Shown one piece after another: positions 60,354-64,000 of a DNA stretch of 64,000 bases. Origin of the DNA: an uncultured Phycisphaerales bacterium. Lineage in GTDB: Bacteria > Planctomycetota > Phycisphaerae > Sedimentisphaerales > Anaerobacaceae. The DNA lies in the NCBI GenBank assembly GCA_963718665.1, contig OY970359.1:928001-992000 (forward strand). Reading direction: 5' to 3'. Each line of letters opens with the position of its first letter. Position 1 is the first letter of the stretch. The position numbers and the translations under genes were made by a program. The notes under the pieces are model-generated. The model had not been told where the DNA came from and searched no databases. It saw only the letters and a list, made by a program, of their open reading frames with translations.

Positions 60354-60914
60354 TCATATATCTTTGAAAGGTGCGCCGAAAACCTCGGCGGAGAAGAGGA
60401 ACACATCGGTTTTACTGTCCCTCCATGCGTCTTCAGGCAGGCCCGCCTTATGGGAACAGCAATAGGACAGAAATTCTTCTTTTGACCACCCCGTTTCCGT
60501 CGCCACCTGTGGAAGAAAACATCCCGAGAGATGGCCGCGTTTTATGTAAATGCCGTCAATGCCGAGGCGAAGGGAAAGCGGGTTGGCGGTTTTTTTCAGC
60601 GCGGAAAGGACCGAGATTTCGATATCGAGGTTGGGCAGGTCGTCGGGGGTAATCTGATTGTCGAAAAAGCGCGGGTCGCCTGTAGCGGATGCCTTTGCCA
60701 TTTCGACGACCATATTGACTAACGGCTTGTCGGCGACGAACTGGCCTATGCAGCCGCGAAGCTCATCGCCGGTTTTAAGAGTAACGAAACAGCCAAGGTG
60801 CGATGCGAGGTCAGGGTCATCGGCTTCAACTTTCGGAAGGCGTTTGCCCGTGATAACGGCTTCGACGGTATCGCGTGCGACTTTCAACAACGCGTGTTTT
60901 TGTTCTTCATTCAT
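60354..60914 (-). CDS. AMMECR1-family protein (AmmeMemoRadiSam system protein A)
   Basis: GCFVTL...LRGCIG, DPRF, FLPQVA and KAGL motifs. Confidence 0.92.
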   Translation of the reverse strand: MNEEQKHALLKVARDTVEAVITGKRLPKVEADDPDLASHLGCFVTLKTGDELRGCIGQFVADKPLVNMVVEMAKASATGDPRFFDNQITPDDLPNLDIEISVLSALKKTANPLSLRLGIDGIYIKRGHLSGCFLPQVATETGWSKEEFLSYCCSHKAGLPEDAWRDSKTDVFLFSAEVFGAPFKDI

Positions 60915-61024
60915 AGTTAGTCGTTAGTCGATAGCCATTAGTCGTTAGTCATTGGTAGCAAGGCATTTGATAAGAGCCATTGTCATTTTGCCGATTTGTT
61001 CAGTTTCGTCTATCATAACATCAA

Positions 61025-61681
61025 TTATTCAGACGCGGACATCTTCTGTTTAATAAAGGCAATCGCACCCGGCATCAACGAAATGACAATGATGGCCATA
61101 ATGACAATTGTGAAATGGCTCTTCACAACGGGAATATTGCCGAAGAAATAGCCGCCGAGAACGAATGTGCCCGTCCAGGCAATCGTCCCGCCGATACTGT
61201 AAGCGAGGAACCGCCAGTAAGTCATTCTGCCTATCCCCGCGACAAAAGGAACGAATGTGCGGAAGATGGGCATAAAGCGTGCGATTACGACGGTCTTTCC
61301 GCCGTGCTTTTCGTAGAACCGATGGGTTTCATCGAGATGCTTTTTGCTGAGGATTCGCACGTTTTCCTTGTGGAAAATCTTCGGGCCTACCAGATACCCT
61401 ATCCAGTAATTGGTATTGTCGCCGCAGACCGCCGCCGCGAACAAAAGCGGCCACATAAAACGTATTTCGAGGACGCTGTCTTGCATCGCCGCAAGAGACC
61501 CCGCTGCGAAAAGCAGCGAATCCCCCGGCAAAAATGGCGTTACGACAAGCCCCGTCTCGCAGAAGATGACAATAAAAAGAATCAGATAAACCCATGCGTG
61601 ATACTGCGAGACGACCGTCTCGAGGGTCTTATCGAGGTGAAGAAACAATTCGATTAAATTAATAGTCGCTAACATTTCCAT
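61025..61681 (-). CDS. dedA: DedA family membrane protein
   Basis: FCETGL..TPFLPGDSLLF; ARF.PI.RTF.PFVAG. Confidence 0.93.
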   Translation of the reverse strand: MEMLATINLIELFLHLDKTLETVVSQYHAWVYLILFIVIFCETGLVVTPFLPGDSLLFAAGSLAAMQDSVLEIRFMWPLLFAAAVCGDNTNYWIGYLVGPKIFHKENVRILSKKHLDETHRFYEKHGGKTVVIARFMPIFRTFVPFVAGIGRMTYWRFLAYSIGGTIAWTGTFVLGGYFFGNIPVVKSHFTIVIMAIIVISLMPGAIAFIKQKMSASE

Positions 61682-61737
61682 CCCCTAACAATATGAAAAA
61701 CCGGCCCTGTTGTCAACCTCGCCCCGTGAGATAACAG

Positions 61738-61864
61738 GTTAGCCCCCAGGTCTGCCTGGGGGCTTGTTTAGCCCGGCAACTTTATTGCCGGGTCATAAAA
61801 ATTGTAGAACTTCCTCATCCGTATTTAGCCCCGCCATCTCCGCCCTTGGCGAGTGGCGGGGTTA
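61738..61864. repeat. cluster of three REP-like hairpins, each starting TTTAGCCC
   Basis: AGCCCCCAGG/CCTGGGGGCT, CCCGGCAA/TTGCCGGG and CCCCGCCA/TGGCGGGG; the last is also present at 11559-11601. Confidence 0.75.
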
Positions 61865-61870
61865 CTTTTG

Positions 61871-62458
61871 TCATTTCTGCGAATGCGGAAAGTTTAATCG
61901 TGCGAATTGGCCATGATATTTCCTCGCAGCCGCATCGAATGCCTTTGCAGCGTCTTCTTCATTATCGAAATAGCCCAGCCATTTTTTCCCCTCTTTATGT
62001 TTGATTTGTGCTGCCCATTTGTTCATCTTCTTCGCGAAATGCACTCCGACAAATCGAGACGTAGTGTTTCTTCTCTTTGGCCTGTTACAGTTGTTCTGTG
62101 AATGTGTCGCCGGCCGCAAATTGTCCCTGCGATTATCCAGCCCGTTACAATTTATGTGGTCGATAAACAGGCCCGCTGGAGGATTGCAAATAAACCTGTG
62201 CATCGAGGTTAGTTTCGAATGACTGCCCGTCTCTTTGAAAAAACGCACGGCGTAAATACTGTCGAAGTCCTCTTTGATAATCCAGTCCAGCTCGTTTATC
62301 CGGTAAAAGTCCTTTTGGTCAACAATAGCGTATTTGTCTTCGCCCACATGAATCCTGCGAAACTCATACCCGTATTTGCGCCTTCGATACAACCTCGCCG
62401 GCCACGCGCAGATTTTATCTACCCAGTTCGGAACTTTAATTGTCATGCGAATCTTCAT
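61871..62458 (-). CDS. HNH endonuclease with C-terminal AP2 domain (copy B)
   Basis: IDHINCNGLDNRRDNLR...N; SRFVGV...LGYF...AAKAFD.AARKYHGQFARLNFP; RBS AGGAG before the ATG at 62458. Confidence 0.9.
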   Translation of the reverse strand: MKIRMTIKVPNWVDKICAWPARLYRRRKYGYEFRRIHVGEDKYAIVDQKDFYRINELDWIIKEDFDSIYAVRFFKETGSHSKLTSMHRFICNPPAGLFIDHINCNGLDNRRDNLRPATHSQNNCNRPKRRNTTSRFVGVHFAKKMNKWAAQIKHKEGKKWLGYFDNEEDAAKAFDAAARKYHGQFARLNFPHSQK

Positions 62459-62742
62459 AATTCTTCTCCTCTCGTAGCTTTGCGAAGACCCCGGACTACG
62501 ATCCGGGGCCCAGAACCGCAGTCGGGGATCCACAAAAACTAAACACTAAAAACTGAAAACTCAAAACTATAGAGGAAGTCGAAGAATCGACTTCCTCTAT
62601 CCTATGGCGCAATCTTCGCGCTTTTGACGAAAACTAAGGGATTTCCTGATGGGGCCAAAAACGATAAGTCCTTATGAAATAAGGAGTAAAAAAATTTTAA
62701 GATTTTTGAATCTAAGGGTTTTCGACCTGCGCGAAAATGGAT

Positions 62743-62765
62743 AACAGTTGTATCATACAACTGTT
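62743..62765. promoter_or_regulatory. perfect operator-like palindrome
   Basis: AACAGTTGTAT-C-ATACAACTGTT, with related half-sites immediately downstream. Confidence 0.45.
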
Positions 62766-63269
62766 TGATACAAGTGTTTTATAGGACAGTTGGTATCCAG
62801 AATTTAAGCCGTTATAAGGAAAGATGTTATGGCAAAAATCGTGCCTGAAAAACACGTAAAAATTGGCCTAAAAAATGACCAAAAAACCACGCAAAAACAC
62901 AGAAGATTTTTGAGGTGCGAATCTGCAAGTATTGACAAAAACTGACTTTAACGCTGTTTTTAATGTACCCATATCGCCTGCTTTTCATGTCAAAAATTTG
63001 CGCCTTAGTTAACAAAAGTCGAACACGCCGAAGGCGGGCAATCCTCAACGAAGCATAACGAACAGAGTAAAATTACATTGAGGTATTGCGGCTTTACATC
63101 GTAGCATTGTTGGCTTACAATGAGGCATCGTAACCGGGCAAAAAATGATGATGTTGCCCGCAGTGGTGTCAAGAAGGATCGAGATATGGTCGGCTTCAAA
63201 AAAAGACGCAGTAAAAACAAACGCAAAATACGAGCAACAAAGCAATTACGAAAAAAGAAGAGGCAACAA

Positions 63270-64000
63270 ATGGAACAGCATGACCCGTACAAGGATTTCA
63301 CTAGTCGGCTGAAGTTGATGGCTAGTAAGTTTCCCGATCTCATCACGACCACACTGAGTAATATTTTTACCATGCGATTGATCGGAAATAAGACACACGG
63401 CGACCTCGCGGAAATCGCTATCGCTGAGTTTATTAATCAGTATATGTATGACTTTCGCTCAATCCATGTCGGCAAAGATCTTTACAGAGCTAAGTCCCGC
63501 GAGGAGGACATCACCATCATCAATGAGGTCACAAAAGATGAATTCCCCGTGAGTCTGAAAGCCTACGGAGATGGTCCACTGCAACTCTCAACAGACAAGC
63601 ATATGCGAATGTTTCCAAGACTCGAGAAAGAATCAGACAAAGTTACCGGGAAAGATAACATTGCGAAGATATTCAATGACCCCGCGTTTGAGGAATTCAG
63701 CCATATAAATGTTCTTCCGCTGATTTACAACGAAAAGAAACAGCGTTGCAATATTCTCGTCTTTGACTATGAGAGGGCAAAACAGCAAACAGCCCGCATC
63801 GTCAGAGAGAATGAAGGAAAGGGTAGAACGCACCCTGTATATAGATTCTACGATGGCGAAAACAAATATATATGCGAAGTGAGATACGGCGGTGCGTCGG
63901 CAAACGCGCTACAGCGCGGACTATGGACAAACACCAAGAACGGGCTGAATTATTTTGACAGCGTGACCAATGGATGGATTGATTACTCGCACAACAAAAT
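63270..64000 (+). CDS. putative type II restriction endonuclease (PD-(D/E)XK-like); 3' end runs off the window
   Basis: Not in the ORF track. Open frame MEQHDPYKDF...HGDLAEIAI...EEDI...VSLKAYG to the window end; alternative in-frame ATG at 63186. Confidence 0.5.
   Translation, partial: MEQHDPYKDFTSRLKLMASKFPDLITTTLSNIFTMRLIGNKTHGDLAEIAIAEFINQYMYDFRSIHVGKDLYRAKSREEDITIINEVTKDEFPVSLKAYGDGPLQLSTDKHMRMFPRLEKESDKVTGKDNIAKIFNDPAFEEFSHINVLPLIYNEKKQRCNILVFDYERAKQQTARIVRENEGKGRTHPVYRFYDGENKYICEVRYGGASANALQRGLWTNTKNGLNYFDSVTNGWIDYSHNK

Noticed and set aside
1..64000. CRISPR array, tRNA or rRNA genes
   Set aside because: No regularly spaced 25-40 nt repeats with unique spacers, and no cloverleaf or rRNA signature recognised.

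Overview
Chromosomal 64-kb segment whose gene content suggests a Planctomycetota genome, probably Phycisphaerae/Sedimentisphaerales (inferred from DUF2617, DUF1570, AmmeMemoRadiSam A and dockerin-like secreted proteins). The housekeeping backbone comprises lptD-like, dapF (frameshifted), an NtrC-type regulator, tkt, mfd, clpC, an RNase HI-PurN fusion, an M16 peptidase pair, argB-argD-argF, rdgB, rpiB, maf and dedA. Accessory material is interleaved with it. (i) Two paralogous HNH-AP2 endonuclease genes (1024-1623 +, 61871-62458 -) share a structured leader. An ORF-less element at 11468-11601 joins a near copy of the first gene's leader to a near copy of the second gene's 3' hairpin, which looks like an autonomous/non-autonomous mobile element family. 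(ii) A minus-strand phage-like cluster with no capsid, portal or integrase gene: HTH, ABC ATPase, GNAT, SPL-like radical SAM, adenine MTase with a GPPF motif, ParB, TerS-like, rpiB and TerL (47253-56635). (iii) Restriction-modification and defence-like genes: tcmP, a PD-(D/E)XK plus NDT-like pair, an MjaI-type RM system with an SNase-fused MTase, and a putative REase at the right edge. (iv) Many period-7 arrays and palindromic repeats, several sitting in frame inside conserved proteins. (v) Several candidate structured ncRNAs. No rRNA, tRNA or CRISPR array was seen. All calls come from motif recognition by eye; no database searches were run.
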